Assembly (NCBI GenBank): GCA_035297365.1
Contig: DATGZA010000014.1
Coordinates: 1-64,000 of the forward strand
Source: Nitrososphaeraceae archaeon
GTDB taxonomy: Archaea; Thermoproteota; Nitrososphaeria; Nitrososphaerales; Nitrososphaeraceae
Direction of reading: 5' to 3'
DNA: 64,000 nt
Positions 9,427 to 20,170 of the stretch are shown in pieces; positions within the stretch are counted from its first letter, which is position 1; every line of letters starts with the position of its first letter. The position numbers were made by a program, and so were the translations under genes. The notes under the pieces were generated by a model. That model did no database searches and was not told the origin of the DNA. It was given only the letters and a program-made list of their open reading frames with translations.

Positions 9427-10236
9427 TTGTTGGATTTTTTTAATCAAACCAGAGTTTGAAATAACTAAAAGGATAACATTTTTGTTTATGATTTACCATA
9501 TACTGAGATTAGAAATTTTAATAAATCACCGTATCTAGGATACCACATTTGAGAATTTCCAAAGATATATCTTTCCAATTTTGCTGTATGGATATTGTAC
9601 CAATTGACTAGAAGATAATTACTATGATTTTTGTGTTTCTTTAATTTACCAATAATAACAATATACAAGTTGTTACACATAATTCTAAAGATAATTTGTT
9701 CAAATTAAAACAGCCTATTTCTGAACTATGTAGATTCCTCTGTTTATAGACACATTGACTAATAGTATTAAATTCACAGATCATATCAAATTCAATATGA
9801 TCATACTTTATAAATTGAATAGATAAAAATCAAAAAACATAATAGAACAACCTACTTTGTGATTAATTTAATAAGTCTAATCAAGAAATTAATGAATGAA
9901 GAATTTTGTCCTTAAAAGAACGAAAGGGATTTCTTTCAAAATAGTATGAATTAATAAAAATGAAAGGTTATCTGAGTTTTATTGAATTTAGTTTCTATTA
10001 TGAAGAACAGGTTCTTTTAAGGGCCGCAACTATTTCTTCTTTGACAAAGATATTGTAGACTGTTTCGATTTAAAAAAATATAAACATATTTTTCATTGAA
10101 TCTATATAAACAAATTGCAAAAGTTAATTTAATAAAATTATTTATTGGTGCTTACACCAATACCGACTATTTCAAGCAAAATATCAGACTACTGAGGAAG
10201 TAATATTAATACGTCCTTTGTTTATTTTTTTATAAG

Positions 10237-11028
10237 ATGTCAAATACACCTCTCATGGTTTTTGATTCTGGAATAGGTTCCATCTCTATAATCAAGGAAC
10301 TAAGAAAGGAACTACCAAATGAAAATATATTATATTTCGCAGATAGGGCAAATTTTCCATATGGAAACAAGTCACATAAAAGACTTTTAGAAATTATGAA
10401 GAATACTATTAAATACCTGGAGAGATTCAAACCAAAGATAATAATAATAGCTTCCAATACGCCTTCGCTTCAGATTTTAGATGAAATTAAAGATAAAGTG
10501 AATGTTCCTTTACTAGGTGTGAGGCCTCCTCTAAGAGAATCAGTAAAGCTAACAAAAAATAATCACATCGGAATAATGGCAACAGAATCAGCTATTAATA
10601 GTAAGGAGATAGATAAACAAATAAACGATGAAATTCCTCAAAAGATATTTGTTAATAAGTATAACGCATCGCCATTAATAGCCTTGATTGAAAATGGAGA
10701 TTTTATGAAAAGCAGGAAGAAGATCAGGAAACAAATTCATAGAATTCTAGGAGACATTGAAGATATAGATGTTATAACATTATCAAGTACGCATCTTCCT
10801 TTTATCGTGGATCAATTATCTGAAGAGTTCCCATCTGTTAAATTTATCGATTCGGCAAAAACGACAGCAAAAAATGTAAAACAAATTTTGACAGACAACG
10901 GATTACGTAACAAAAATAACACTGGAAGGATGAGAATTCTTGTATCGGATGGAAAAGATGAATTTCAGGAAATGTTAAGATATTTGGGTATAAAGGAAAA
11001 TGTACAAGAAGTTTTTTGGTCAATTTAG
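10237..11028 (+). CDS. Glutamate racemase (MurI)-like protein with both catalytic Cys replaced by Ser
   Basis: FDSGIG, PYGNKS, IASNT (canonical IACNT), LSSTHLP (canonical LGCTHYP), FIDSA. Confidence 0.85.
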   Translation: MSNTPLMVFDSGIGSISIIKELRKELPNENILYFADRANFPYGNKSHKRLLEIMKNTIKYLERFKPKIIIIASNTPSLQILDEIKDKVNVPLLGVRPPLRESVKLTKNNHIGIMATESAINSKEIDKQINDEIPQKIFVNKYNASPLIALIENGDFMKSRKKIRKQIHRILGDIEDIDVITLSSTHLPFIVDQLSEEFPSVKFIDSAKTTAKNVKQILTDNGLRNKNNTGRMRILVSDGKDEFQEMLRYLGIKENVQEVFWSI

Positions 11029-11098
11029 ATAATAGCCAACGAACAAAATATATATTATAAAATTAATCAAATTAGGCAAACCTAATGTGTATTAATTA

Positions 11099-13219
11099 AT
11101 GATTAGGAAAATAAGACTGGGTATAGACGTTGGAGGAACTTTTACTAAAGCTGTTGCTATTGATATTTCAACGGGAGAGTTATTGGGTAAAATGACAGTT
11201 CCTACCACACACAATGCTGATAATGGGGTAGCCGAGGGTATAGTACTAGCACTTAAAAAATTAATGGAAACGTACAGCATACAAAGATCTGAAATAGAAT
11301 TAATTTCACATAGTACTACTCAGGCAGTTAATGCGCTTCTTGAAGGAGACACTGCAAAAGTTGGGATTATTGGGATGGGAGTAGGACTAGAAAAGTCTAA
11401 CGTTGTCAAAAGAACCAATATAAAAAATATTGAATTATCTTCAAATAAATATCTACATACATGTTTTAGATTTTTAGATACATCAAAATATTTGGAAAAA
11501 GAAGAAGTTCAAGAAACAATATCATCGCTAAAAGACGAAGGTGCGGAGGTTTTGGTAGTCAGCGAAGCGTATGGTGTGGATGATCCTAGCAACGAACAAT
11601 ACGTGATGTCGTATTCGGATCTTCCTATAACTGGAGGTCATGAGCTTACTGGAATTTATGGTCTGGAGATTAGAACTTTGACTGCTGCAATAAATGCAGG
11701 TATAATGCCAAAGTCAATAAGTACGGCTAGATATGTTGAGTCTGCCGTAAGGAACGAGAATATAATTTGTCCTATAATGATAATGAAGGGGGACGGAGGA
11801 GTGACAGATATCGAAACTTTTAAAAACAAACCTATTTTGACAATACTATCAGGACCTGCGGCAAGTGTAGCTGGAGCATTATTACATTCTCATATTTTGC
11901 AGGGAGTATTCATTGAAGTTGGAGGAACCTCAACCAATATCTCTATTATAAAAAATGGCAAACCTGAAATTCGGTATGTTACCATAATGGATCATCCGAC
12001 TTGTATTCGTTCAGTGGATGTCAGAGTTGCAGGAGTAGCTGGAGGTTCATTAATAAGAATTTCAGGTAAAAAAATTATTGATGTAGGTCCTAGGTCAGCT
12101 CATATTGCTGGTTTGAAGTATTCCTGTTTTGTCGATCCCACAGAACTGGATAACTCAAAATTAATAACTTTTAAACCTAGTGAAAATGATCCAGATAACT
12201 ATATTTGTATAGAAACAGAGTCAAAAAAATTTATAGCAATAACCAATACCTGTGCAGCAAATGCCCTAGGATTGATAAAGAAAGGAGATTATGCATCAGG
12301 AAATAAAGAGGCAGCTAAAATAGCACTAAACCTTTTGGCAGAAAGAATAGGAGTGAGTAACTACAAGGAAGCTGCAGAAATAATATTAGATTTTTCTATT
12401 AAAAAAATTCTACGGATAATTGAACCGATGATTAGGGAATATCAGATAGAAACAGATCAGATGTTCCTAATCGGGGGAGGCGGCGGAGCCTCTGTTTTGG
12501 TACCGTATATGGCAAATAAGCTAGAATATCAGTTCGAATTAGCTCAAAATGCGGAGGTAATATCATCTATAGGAGTGGCTGCAGCAATGATATATGAGGA
12601 AATAGAAAAAACCATAAGCCAACCAAAACCTGAAGACGTTTCATTATTAATTGACGAAATTAAAAAAAGAACCCTCGAAAGAGGAGCGGCACCAGAATCA
12701 ATTTCAATCCAAACTGAATATATCAATGAGCGTTCATTATTAAGAGCAATAGCATCAGGAAACGTCGAGTTAGATATCGGAAAAAATAACAAAAGAGAAC
12801 TGAATTTTGCAGAAGTAGAGAATATTGCAATAAAAGTTCTAGGAAGTAACAAAGTGAAACAAATTCTCAATATGAAAAATTATTATGGATTTACCTGCGA
12901 AATAATAAAGAAGAATTTTTTTGTCAAAGTAAGGAGGACCCCGATTGTAATATTAGATAAACTAGGCAGAATAAGATTAATGCTAGAAAATGCAGAAATA
13001 ATTAATGGCACAAGAGATTTAAAAACCAATATAGAATCATTAGTATATGAATTTAGTAACAAAAATAAAGATGACCTAGCCCCACAAGTGCATATTTTGG
13101 ATGATGTAAAGATCATTGATTTTTCAAGTTTAAGCTCTCCAGAACATCTAATCGAAGCCATAAAAAAAGAATTCGATAAATTAACTGTCGAAGCCGTAAC
13201 TATCATTATAAAAAAATAG
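11099..13219 (+). CDS. Hydantoinase A / 5-oxoprolinase family ATPase
   Basis: GIDVGGTFT, HSTTQAVNALLE, MKGDGG, TILSGPAASVAG, EVGGTSTNI, GVAGGS, GGGGG. Confidence 0.88.
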   Translation: MIRKIRLGIDVGGTFTKAVAIDISTGELLGKMTVPTTHNADNGVAEGIVLALKKLMETYSIQRSEIELISHSTTQAVNALLEGDTAKVGIIGMGVGLEKSNVVKRTNIKNIELSSNKYLHTCFRFLDTSKYLEKEEVQETISSLKDEGAEVLVVSEAYGVDDPSNEQYVMSYSDLPITGGHELTGIYGLEIRTLTAAINAGIMPKSISTARYVESAVRNENIICPIMIMKGDGGVTDIETFKNKPILTILSGPAASVAGALLHSHILQGVFIEVGGTSTNISIIKNGKPEIRYVTIMDHPTCIRSVDVRVAGVAGGSLIRISGKKIIDVGPRSAHIAGLKYSCFVDPTELDNSKLITFKPSENDPDNYICIETESKKFIAITNTCAANALGLIKKGDYASGNKEAAKIALNLLAERIGVSNYKEAAEIILDFSIKKILRIIEPMIREYQIETDQMFLIGGGGGASVLVPYMANKLEYQFELAQNAEVISSIGVAAAMIYEEIEKTISQPKPEDVSLLIDEIKKRTLERGAAPESISIQTEYINERSLLRAIASGNVELDIGKNNKRELNFAEVENIAIKVLGSNKVKQILNMKNYYGFTCEIIKKNFFVKVRRTPIVILDKLGRIRLMLENAEIINGTRDLKTNIESLVYEFSNKNKDDLAPQVHILDDVKIIDFSSLSSPEHLIEAIKKEFDKLTVEAVTIIIKK

Positions 13220-13523
13220 CAGGGTAGAACAGAATATCATCGTAGGAGAGATTTCTTAAATCAAAATATTCCAATTTTTAATTTCTATAAGTATTTCATT
13301 AATTGATAATTGTTCTACAAAAATGGACAATGACTAGTACGTATAACCTCAATCAGATATAGTCTTATTTATTTATAATTTCAAAAACTATTTTTAACAA
13401 ATTCCTGCTCTTCTGTTCAATAAAAAAAATTGCAGATGGAAAAAAATAAATAAAATAATCATTAACCAGAATATAACGGGCCTCATAAGGTTTTTATGAT
13501 TCGATTAGTTTTATTGCTATTAT

Positions 13524-14417
13524 TTGTTAAAAGATAGTGTGGTTATCGCAGGGCCAGCATCAGAGCAGTTAGCATCTAATATTGCAAAAAGATTAAACAT
13601 AAGAATCATAAACCCTGAGGTAAGGATATTTGCAGATGGGGAAAGTAAAATAAAGATAGAATCTGTAGAGAATAAGCAATGCATAATTATTCAATCCCTT
13701 TATCCTCCTATCGACAGACACATACTACAATTATTAATGATGATTCAAAAGTGTAGGAAAGACAAAGCACTAAAAACTATTGTAGTGATTCCATACATGG
13801 CTTACGCAAGACAGGATAAAGCATTTCTCGAGGGTGAAGTTATTAGCATATCAATTTTGGCAGAAATTATAGAATATTTTGGAGTTAGTAGAGTAATTAC
13901 GATCGATATCCATAGCGAATCATCGTTATCTTATTTTGGAAATATTATCAAAAATATTTCGGCAATTCCAATATTAGCGGAATATGCTTTGCAGAACATA
14001 TTTCTTAATAATGTTATAATTATTTCTCCGGATTTTGGTGGATTGAAAAGAGCACAAAAATTTGGGGAAATAATTCAAAGAGAAGTAACTTTTCTAAAGA
14101 AAACTCGTGACAGACTAACAGGAATGGTTTCTATTGAGGATGTATTGGATTTTAAAGTAAAAGATAAAGACGTAATTTTGGTTGATGATATGATTAGCAC
14201 AGGTAATAGCATAATAAAGGCTTGTGAAGTGCTAAGAAAAAATAAAGCTCAAAGAATTTATGTAATTTGTTCTCATGCATTACTGCTCGATAAAGCGTTA
14301 GACAAAATAATACGAGCTGGCGCAACGGATATAATCTCTACAAATTCCATTCCCAACAGTTGTTCCAAGGTCGATCTGTCGAAAATTATATCTGAAGTAA
14401 TTAGTGAGATTAGCTGA
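13524..14417 (+). CDS. prs: Ribose-phosphate pyrophosphokinase
   Basis: FADGESKI, PYMAYARQDK, SPDFGG, VDDMISTG. Confidence 0.95.
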   Translation: MLKDSVVIAGPASEQLASNIAKRLNIRIINPEVRIFADGESKIKIESVENKQCIIIQSLYPPIDRHILQLLMMIQKCRKDKALKTIVVIPYMAYARQDKAFLEGEVISISILAEIIEYFGVSRVITIDIHSESSLSYFGNIIKNISAIPILAEYALQNIFLNNVIIISPDFGGLKRAQKFGEIIQREVTFLKKTRDRLTGMVSIEDVLDFKVKDKDVILVDDMISTGNSIIKACEVLRKNKAQRIYVICSHALLLDKALDKIIRAGATDIISTNSIPNSCSKVDLSKIISEVISEIS

Positions 14418-14449
14418 TTGGATTATTGTTATAATTGGAAATGATATAA

Positions 14450-15370
14450 ATGACTGACATGAAACTTGTTTTTTTAGGTACGTCTGCCGCGATCCCTACA
14501 TGGCAACGTGGTCTATCATCCCTAGCTATCGTTAGAGGAAACGAGATTTTAATTTTCGATGTCGGAGAAGGAATGCAAACAAGATTTATTGAATCAAAGA
14601 TTGGGATGAATAAAAAAATGAAGATTTTCATAACTCATATGCATAGTGATCATTGTGTGGGGTTGTTAGGTTTACTGCAAACTCTTTCTTTAATGGGAAG
14701 GAATAAGCCTATAGAAATTTTTGGAGAACCAATGATCGGAGAATTTATAAATCAGAATATAAGAATAATTAATTTCAAATTAAGTTATGATATTACTATT
14801 CATAAAATATCTGGGGAGGGAATAGTAATCAGTGAAAAAGATTATAAAATTACCAGTTGTTTTGCGGATCATTCGAAGTTAGCTTATTCTTTTTGTCTGG
14901 AAGAATTTGACAGGCCTGGAATTTTTCATTTAGACTCAGTAAAACGTTTGGGGATTCCAGAGGGAAAGATTTATAGTGATTTACAACACGGAAAAGATAT
15001 AACTTTTAAAGGTGAGAAAATATCTTCAAAAGGTATCACAGGGCCACCGCGACCTGGAAGAAAAATAGGAATATCAGGAGATACGAGACCTACATTAAAA
15101 TTAACCAATTTCTTCAAGAATTCAGATGTTTTAATATTTGAAGCGACTTTTATACACAAGGATATTGAGAAGGCAAAAGAAAGTTTTCACTCAACTGCTT
15201 TCGAAGCTGCTTTGCTAGCGAAGAATTCGAATATTAAAAAACTAATATTAACACATTTTAGCGCAAGATACAGTGATATGGCTCCTATAGAAAGCGAAGC
15301 TAGAAGGATCTTTGAAAATGTATATATTGCAAACGATTTGGATGTTTTTATAGTTCCGTATACTAAATAG
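14450..15370 (+). CDS. rnz: Ribonuclease Z
   Basis: LGTSAAIPT, THMHSDH, SGDTRP, THFSARY. Confidence 0.95.
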   Translation: MTDMKLVFLGTSAAIPTWQRGLSSLAIVRGNEILIFDVGEGMQTRFIESKIGMNKKMKIFITHMHSDHCVGLLGLLQTLSLMGRNKPIEIFGEPMIGEFINQNIRIINFKLSYDITIHKISGEGIVISEKDYKITSCFADHSKLAYSFCLEEFDRPGIFHLDSVKRLGIPEGKIYSDLQHGKDITFKGEKISSKGITGPPRPGRKIGISGDTRPTLKLTNFFKNSDVLIFEATFIHKDIEKAKESFHSTAFEAALLAKNSNIKKLILTHFSARYSDMAPIESEARRIFENVYIANDLDVFIVPYTK

Positions 15371-15426
15371 GGATAAAAATAATAAAATAGCAATCAGATA
15401 AAAATCGATAAAAAGAAAAAATAATG

Positions 15427-15825
15427 TTATTCGATCTGATTATTTTGTAAAACGCTGGCTTTTGTTGCGTTAAGAACGTATTCTGCCACAATACTCGTAG
15501 CATTTGTATTCTTCAACGTTTCGATTAATAGTGGGATTCTTTCCTGTGCTATTTGTTGCAATATTGAACTATCTACTACACTACTATTTACCTCATCGAT
15601 AACGAAATCGATAACTGTATCTGTAGCATTAGAATTCTTTGTAATATTTATTACCAATGGCAAATTAGCTAGAACATTTTCAATAGAACTAGAAGTATTT
15701 TTAATAGATTTCGTTGTAGTATTATTTGGAATTTCTGCAAATACATCATTTAATAGAGTCAAATTTGCGAGAAGAGACCATATTGCAACCATGACAATTA
15801 ATTTATGTATTATTCTCATGTTCAT
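15427..15825 (-). CDS. Hypothetical secreted protein rich in N-x-S/T sequons
   Basis: Signal peptide ending VFA; many NxT/S sites. Confidence 0.6.
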   Translation of the reverse strand: MNMRIIHKLIVMVAIWSLLANLTLLNDVFAEIPNNTTTKSIKNTSSSIENVLANLPLVINITKNSNATDTVIDFVIDEVNSSVVDSSILQQIAQERIPLLIETLKNTNATSIVAEYVLNATKASVLQNNQIE

Positions 15826-16787
15826 TAAGGTATTACTAATTTAGAAATTTATTAATTTTACTAATTTATTTTTTGACTATGTGGTAACATAATTTTAACA
15901 CTTCTCAACGCTAAGAACAATATTAATATAAGGTTTAACTTTCTATACATTTAGAAATGCTAGTCTAACGCAGAATTTTATAAATTCTTTTCTAATCCAA
16001 ATAAAATTCACATTAGTATAAGAAATGTGAAAAATAAGATGAATTATTCAACTAAAAATATAGTTTTATAATTAATTAGGAATTATTGTTGAAAGGAAGA
16101 GAAGTTGTTATCTTATCATCATTTCAAGATCAAACTCACTGTTAACAATCAAAAATGGTAGCATATCTCAGGTAATAAGACACAATACACCAGAAAAATC
16201 CTGTGGAATTAGGTCAGAGAACTTGTCTGAGTCAAGTTATTCTACTGCCTTGCATTGAAATTGCGAACAATTTTTATCGGAATTTTTTTATGAGTATCGA
16301 GAATTTATCATTTTTGGTTGATATACACCATTCGATAAAAATTCCTAAATTCAGATTGTCCATTACTGAATTTGTTTATCAAAGCAGCGATAGAAGAACC
16401 ACATTCTGAAATACAATGTTCGGAAATAAAATTCCTAAAAACAGTTCTGACACTTCACTAACGTCCTGATCAATAAGCTGTGATCCAGGGAACTTTGTAA
16501 TTGGCAGAAAAATAGTATATTGAAAGTACTAAAAGATGAAACAGGTAATCGTATACATCTCTTTCAAAATTGGCAGATAATATTGATTGAACAAGGCCAT
16601 CAATTAAAAAGGTGTTTATTTTTGGCATCATGTTCTAAGAAAGAAGCAATTAGTAAAAAGAATTAAACTGAAAGAATAATCAAGTAGTGGTATTGTAATA
16701 GACCGACTACAATTATAGAAAATGCAAAAAACTAAGTTCTAGATACAGTGCAAAAATATAATTATTAGGATTTAGTGCCTCTTTTAT

Positions 16788-17204
16788 TCATGGATAGGTT
16801 CCTTTTTTGTCTCGTTCGTCGAATACATTTTTCATAACTTCCAATCCATTTAAAGCAGCAGGAAATCCAGAATACAAAGATATCTGGATCATTATTTCCA
16901 GAATTTCTTCACGCGAGCATCCTACATTTAAAGCACCATGAATATGTGACTTTAATTGCGGTTTTGCATTACCCATGGTTAAAAGAGAAGATATTGTAAC
17001 AATTTCTCTTGCTCTGAGATCCAAACCTTTTCTATTATATATTTCTCCAAAAGCGAACTCGATGATATATCGAGACATGTCTGGTGAAATATGATTTAAA
17101 TTCTCTAATACTTTAGTCCCAATTTCTCCATAAATTTCTTTAAAATGTTTAAGCCCTAGCTCGTATCTAGATTCATTCATAGAATAAAGTAGTTTTACAA
17201 TCAT
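16788..17204 (-). CDS. Carboxymuconolactone decarboxylase (CMD/AhpD-like) family protein
   Basis: FAFGEIYNRKGLDLRAREIVTI, HIHGALNVGC, YSGFPAALN. Confidence 0.9.
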   Translation of the reverse strand: MIVKLLYSMNESRYELGLKHFKEIYGEIGTKVLENLNHISPDMSRYIIEFAFGEIYNRKGLDLRAREIVTISSLLTMGNAKPQLKSHIHGALNVGCSREEILEIMIQISLYSGFPAALNGLEVMKNVFDERDKKGTYP

Positions 17205-17295
17205 ATATTAATTATAATAAATCATATCATAATTCAATAACAAATATTAATAACTATAATAACAACCAAGTTTAATAAGATATACAAAAATTACA

Positions 17296-17484
17296 TTATG
17301 TTCTAGTTTGCGCAGAAGTAAGATCAGGGTGTTCTTTTCTTAAATGAATCTTGAGATCTTTCTTATTATAACATATTCTATTACAAATTTGACAGGTTAT
17401 TTTTTCATAGGCTTCGTCGGATCTATTATTGGTCATCTTGATTTGATCAATTATTTTTGAGAAATAATCTTTTAGACCAAACAT
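17296..17484 (-). CDS. Small C2H2 zinc-finger protein
   Basis: CQICNRICYNKKDLKIHLRKEH = Cx2Cx12Hx4H. Confidence 0.7.
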   Translation of the reverse strand: MFGLKDYFSKIIDQIKMTNNRSDEAYEKITCQICNRICYNKKDLKIHLRKEHPDLTSAQTRT

Positions 17485-17663
17485 ATTTCTAATATTATTT
17501 TTTCACTTTATAAAGTTATTCATACGAAACGAATTCTTAGAACAAGTTAAAAATACAATCAACATTGATTATTTCCCGGGGTGTAAACAACGAAAACAAT
17601 AAAAAAAATCCCAGTTTATACCATCACAATAAGTAATATACCAGATATTTTCTAGTAATCTAG

Positions 17664-18425
17664 TTGAAGATTGAAGAATTTCTTTCCACACTTCCCGCTG
17701 AAATAATTTCTGGAAAGGAAATAAATATTTCTGACAATGTATTTAGAAATATTTTCAGGTTTGCAGATCTTTCTTCTAGAGATATTTTTTTTTATCTAGG
17801 ATTTGGAAATAATTTAAATGCATTGAATATTGCTAAGAATGAATTTAATACAAAAGAGGTTTTTGGAATTGATAATAGGAGGAAATTTACTGATAAGGCA
17901 AAAATAGAATCACAAAGTGTTGAAATAAATATATTCAACAGAAATATTGATGAAGTGGATTTATCCAAGGCCACAATAATTTTTTTTTGGTTTAGTAATA
18001 TCAAAGAGATCGACCATCTAGTAACAAAATTTGAAAATGAATTGAAGAAAAATACAAGGATAATAACAGTATTATCACCTCCGGGGTTATTGCTTCCTTC
18101 GAAAGTTGAGTTTCCATTCATATTGTGTAAAAAACCATTCAAGTATGCAAATAACATAAAAGAACAAATTAAGGCGATTTATGGAAATGAATGTTTAGAT
18201 TTTACCGCCTGCTGGTTATTATCAGAACAATATATTAAAAAAATGGAAATAAAAGGAGAATATTCAAGGTTTACAAATGTGTTGATGAGTATTATAATAT
18301 GGATCAATGCATGGAATATGAAAGCGACGTGTGAAGAAGAGATTCCCCCACCAGTACAAAGTTATCTAGGAATTCTACGTACATTCTTCAACATAGATCT
18401 TAAAGAAATGATTGTTAGGAAATAG
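17664..18425 (+). CDS. Class I SAM-dependent methyltransferase-like protein with a C-terminal extension
   Basis: Degenerate motif I (FFYLGFG), GID, DLSKATIIFFW. Confidence 0.6.
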   Translation: MKIEEFLSTLPAEIISGKEINISDNVFRNIFRFADLSSRDIFFYLGFGNNLNALNIAKNEFNTKEVFGIDNRRKFTDKAKIESQSVEINIFNRNIDEVDLSKATIIFFWFSNIKEIDHLVTKFENELKKNTRIITVLSPPGLLLPSKVEFPFILCKKPFKYANNIKEQIKAIYGNECLDFTACWLLSEQYIKKMEIKGEYSRFTNVLMSIIIWINAWNMKATCEEEIPPPVQSYLGILRTFFNIDLKEMIVRK

Positions 18426-18559
18426 CACAATAATCAAGGATAAAAACTTTTTACTGAAAGTTCTGTCTTATAGACGAGGAATATTAAAATGAATTACACT
18501 AAATTGGTTCAAAGGAAATCAATTAAATATTGCTAACAATTATTCGTTAAGTTATCATC

Positions 18560-20167
18560 ATGGCCAAGGATCCAGAGAAGACAAATTTGAGAAGTTTAGC
18601 TGTGATAAAGAAGATGGGATTTGAACCTAAAAAAATTTATGCCAATCTGTCGGTGCCAGAATTGGTAGAATTTTCAGTTATTCGGAAAGAAGCTAATATG
18701 TCCGCAACAGGAGCCTTGTCTGTTTTCACTGGAAAATTTACTGGGAGATCCCCTGATGATCGATATATTGTTGAAGATAATATAACTAAAAAAAATATTA
18801 ATTGGGGAAAAGTAAATCATCCAATTTCAGAACAAAATTTTGATATAATATTTGAACGAATGAAAAAGTTTGTAAGAAACAAGGAATTATTCTTATTTAA
18901 TGGATACGTAGGAGCAGATGAGGAAGCAAGATTTCCTGTAAGTGTAATTACAGATAAAGCTTGGCAATCCCTTTTTGCTAATCAAATTTTGATAAAACCA
19001 AAAGAAAATGAATTAAAAAATTTTTCTCCAAAATTGGTTCTCTTTTCTTTAAATGATTTTAAAGCGATGCCAAAAAAAGAGAAAACGGAGTCAGAAACAT
19101 TCATTATTATTAATTTAAAAAAGAAGATTGTTTTAATAGGATCCACTTCCTATGCCGGAGAAATAAAAAAATCAATATTTTCTGTTATGAATTATTTCTT
19201 GCCTGCAAAAGGCATTTTTCCTATGCATTGCTCTGCAAATGTTGGTAAAAATGGAGACACTGCACTATTCTTCGGATTATCAGGAACTGGCAAAACAACG
19301 TTATCTGCTGATTCTAATAGATTTTTGATTGGAGATGACGAACATGGATGGTCCACAGACGGAATATTCAATTTTGAGGGAGGATGTTATGCAAAATGTA
19401 TAAACTTGAAAAAGGAAACAGAACCACAGATCTGGAATGCAATAAAATTTGGATCGGTTATGGAAAATGTCGTTATTTCAAATAATAAAAGGGTAGCCGA
19501 CTTTAGTGACAATTCATTAACGGAAAATACTCGTGCTGTATACCCTTTAGAATTCATACCACGGGCAGTAATACCTAGTGTAGGTAGTCATCCATATGTG
19601 ATAATTTTTCTTACTGCTGATGCTTTTGGGGTATTGCCACCAATCGCAAAATTGACAAAAGAAGGAGCAATGTATCATTTTATGTCTGGGTATACTAGTA
19701 AGTTAGCCGGTACTGAAAGAGGAATTACAAAACCCAAAGAAACCTTTTCTCAATGCTTTGGTGCACCATTCATGCCCCTGCATGCTATGAGTTACGCCGA
19801 AATGTTAGGACGAAAAATGACGGAACACAATTCAAGAGTATATTTGATTAATACTGGATGGCATGGAGGTCCCTATGGAATAGGCAAGAGAATTGATCTT
19901 AGACATACCAGAGTAATGGTGACTAATGCTATAAGTGGAGAAATAGATAAATGTTCATTTAAATTGCATCAAATTTTCAATTTGCAGATTCCAACATCAT
20001 GTCCTGGTGTACCTAACGAGCTACTTGATCCCAGTCAAACATGGAAAGATAAAAAAGACTACAATATTGCAGCTAGGAAATTAGCAAGATTATTCACGCA
20101 AAATTTTGAGAAATTCGGGCAAGTATCTAAAGAAATTATTGATGCTGGTCCAAAACCAGATGTATAA
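18560..20167 (+). CDS. pckA: Phosphoenolpyruvate carboxykinase (ATP)
   Basis: GLSGTGKTTLS, LIGDDEHGW, NFEGGCYAK, ENTRAVYP. Confidence 0.97.
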   Translation: MAKDPEKTNLRSLAVIKKMGFEPKKIYANLSVPELVEFSVIRKEANMSATGALSVFTGKFTGRSPDDRYIVEDNITKKNINWGKVNHPISEQNFDIIFERMKKFVRNKELFLFNGYVGADEEARFPVSVITDKAWQSLFANQILIKPKENELKNFSPKLVLFSLNDFKAMPKKEKTESETFIIINLKKKIVLIGSTSYAGEIKKSIFSVMNYFLPAKGIFPMHCSANVGKNGDTALFFGLSGTGKTTLSADSNRFLIGDDEHGWSTDGIFNFEGGCYAKCINLKKETEPQIWNAIKFGSVMENVVISNNKRVADFSDNSLTENTRAVYPLEFIPRAVIPSVGSHPYVIIFLTADAFGVLPPIAKLTKEGAMYHFMSGYTSKLAGTERGITKPKETFSQCFGAPFMPLHAMSYAEMLGRKMTEHNSRVYLINTGWHGGPYGIGKRIDLRHTRVMVTNAISGEIDKCSFKLHQIFNLQIPTSCPGVPNELLDPSQTWKDKKDYNIAARKLARLFTQNFEKFGQVSKEIIDAGPKPDV

Positions 20168-20170
20168 AAG

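Noticed and set aside
13224-13318. GTAGAACA...TGTTCTAC inverted repeat, with similar TAGAAC/GTTCTA pairs near 25431 and 54851-55003
   Set aside because: Only 6-8 bp matches with unrelated interiors; expected by chance in AT-rich DNA.
16100-16700. Gene-free stretch with the 68-aa ORF 16203-16409; looks like decayed coding or IS sequence
   Set aside because: I could not recover a convincing transposase or other motif, so it is left unannotated; BLASTX would decide.
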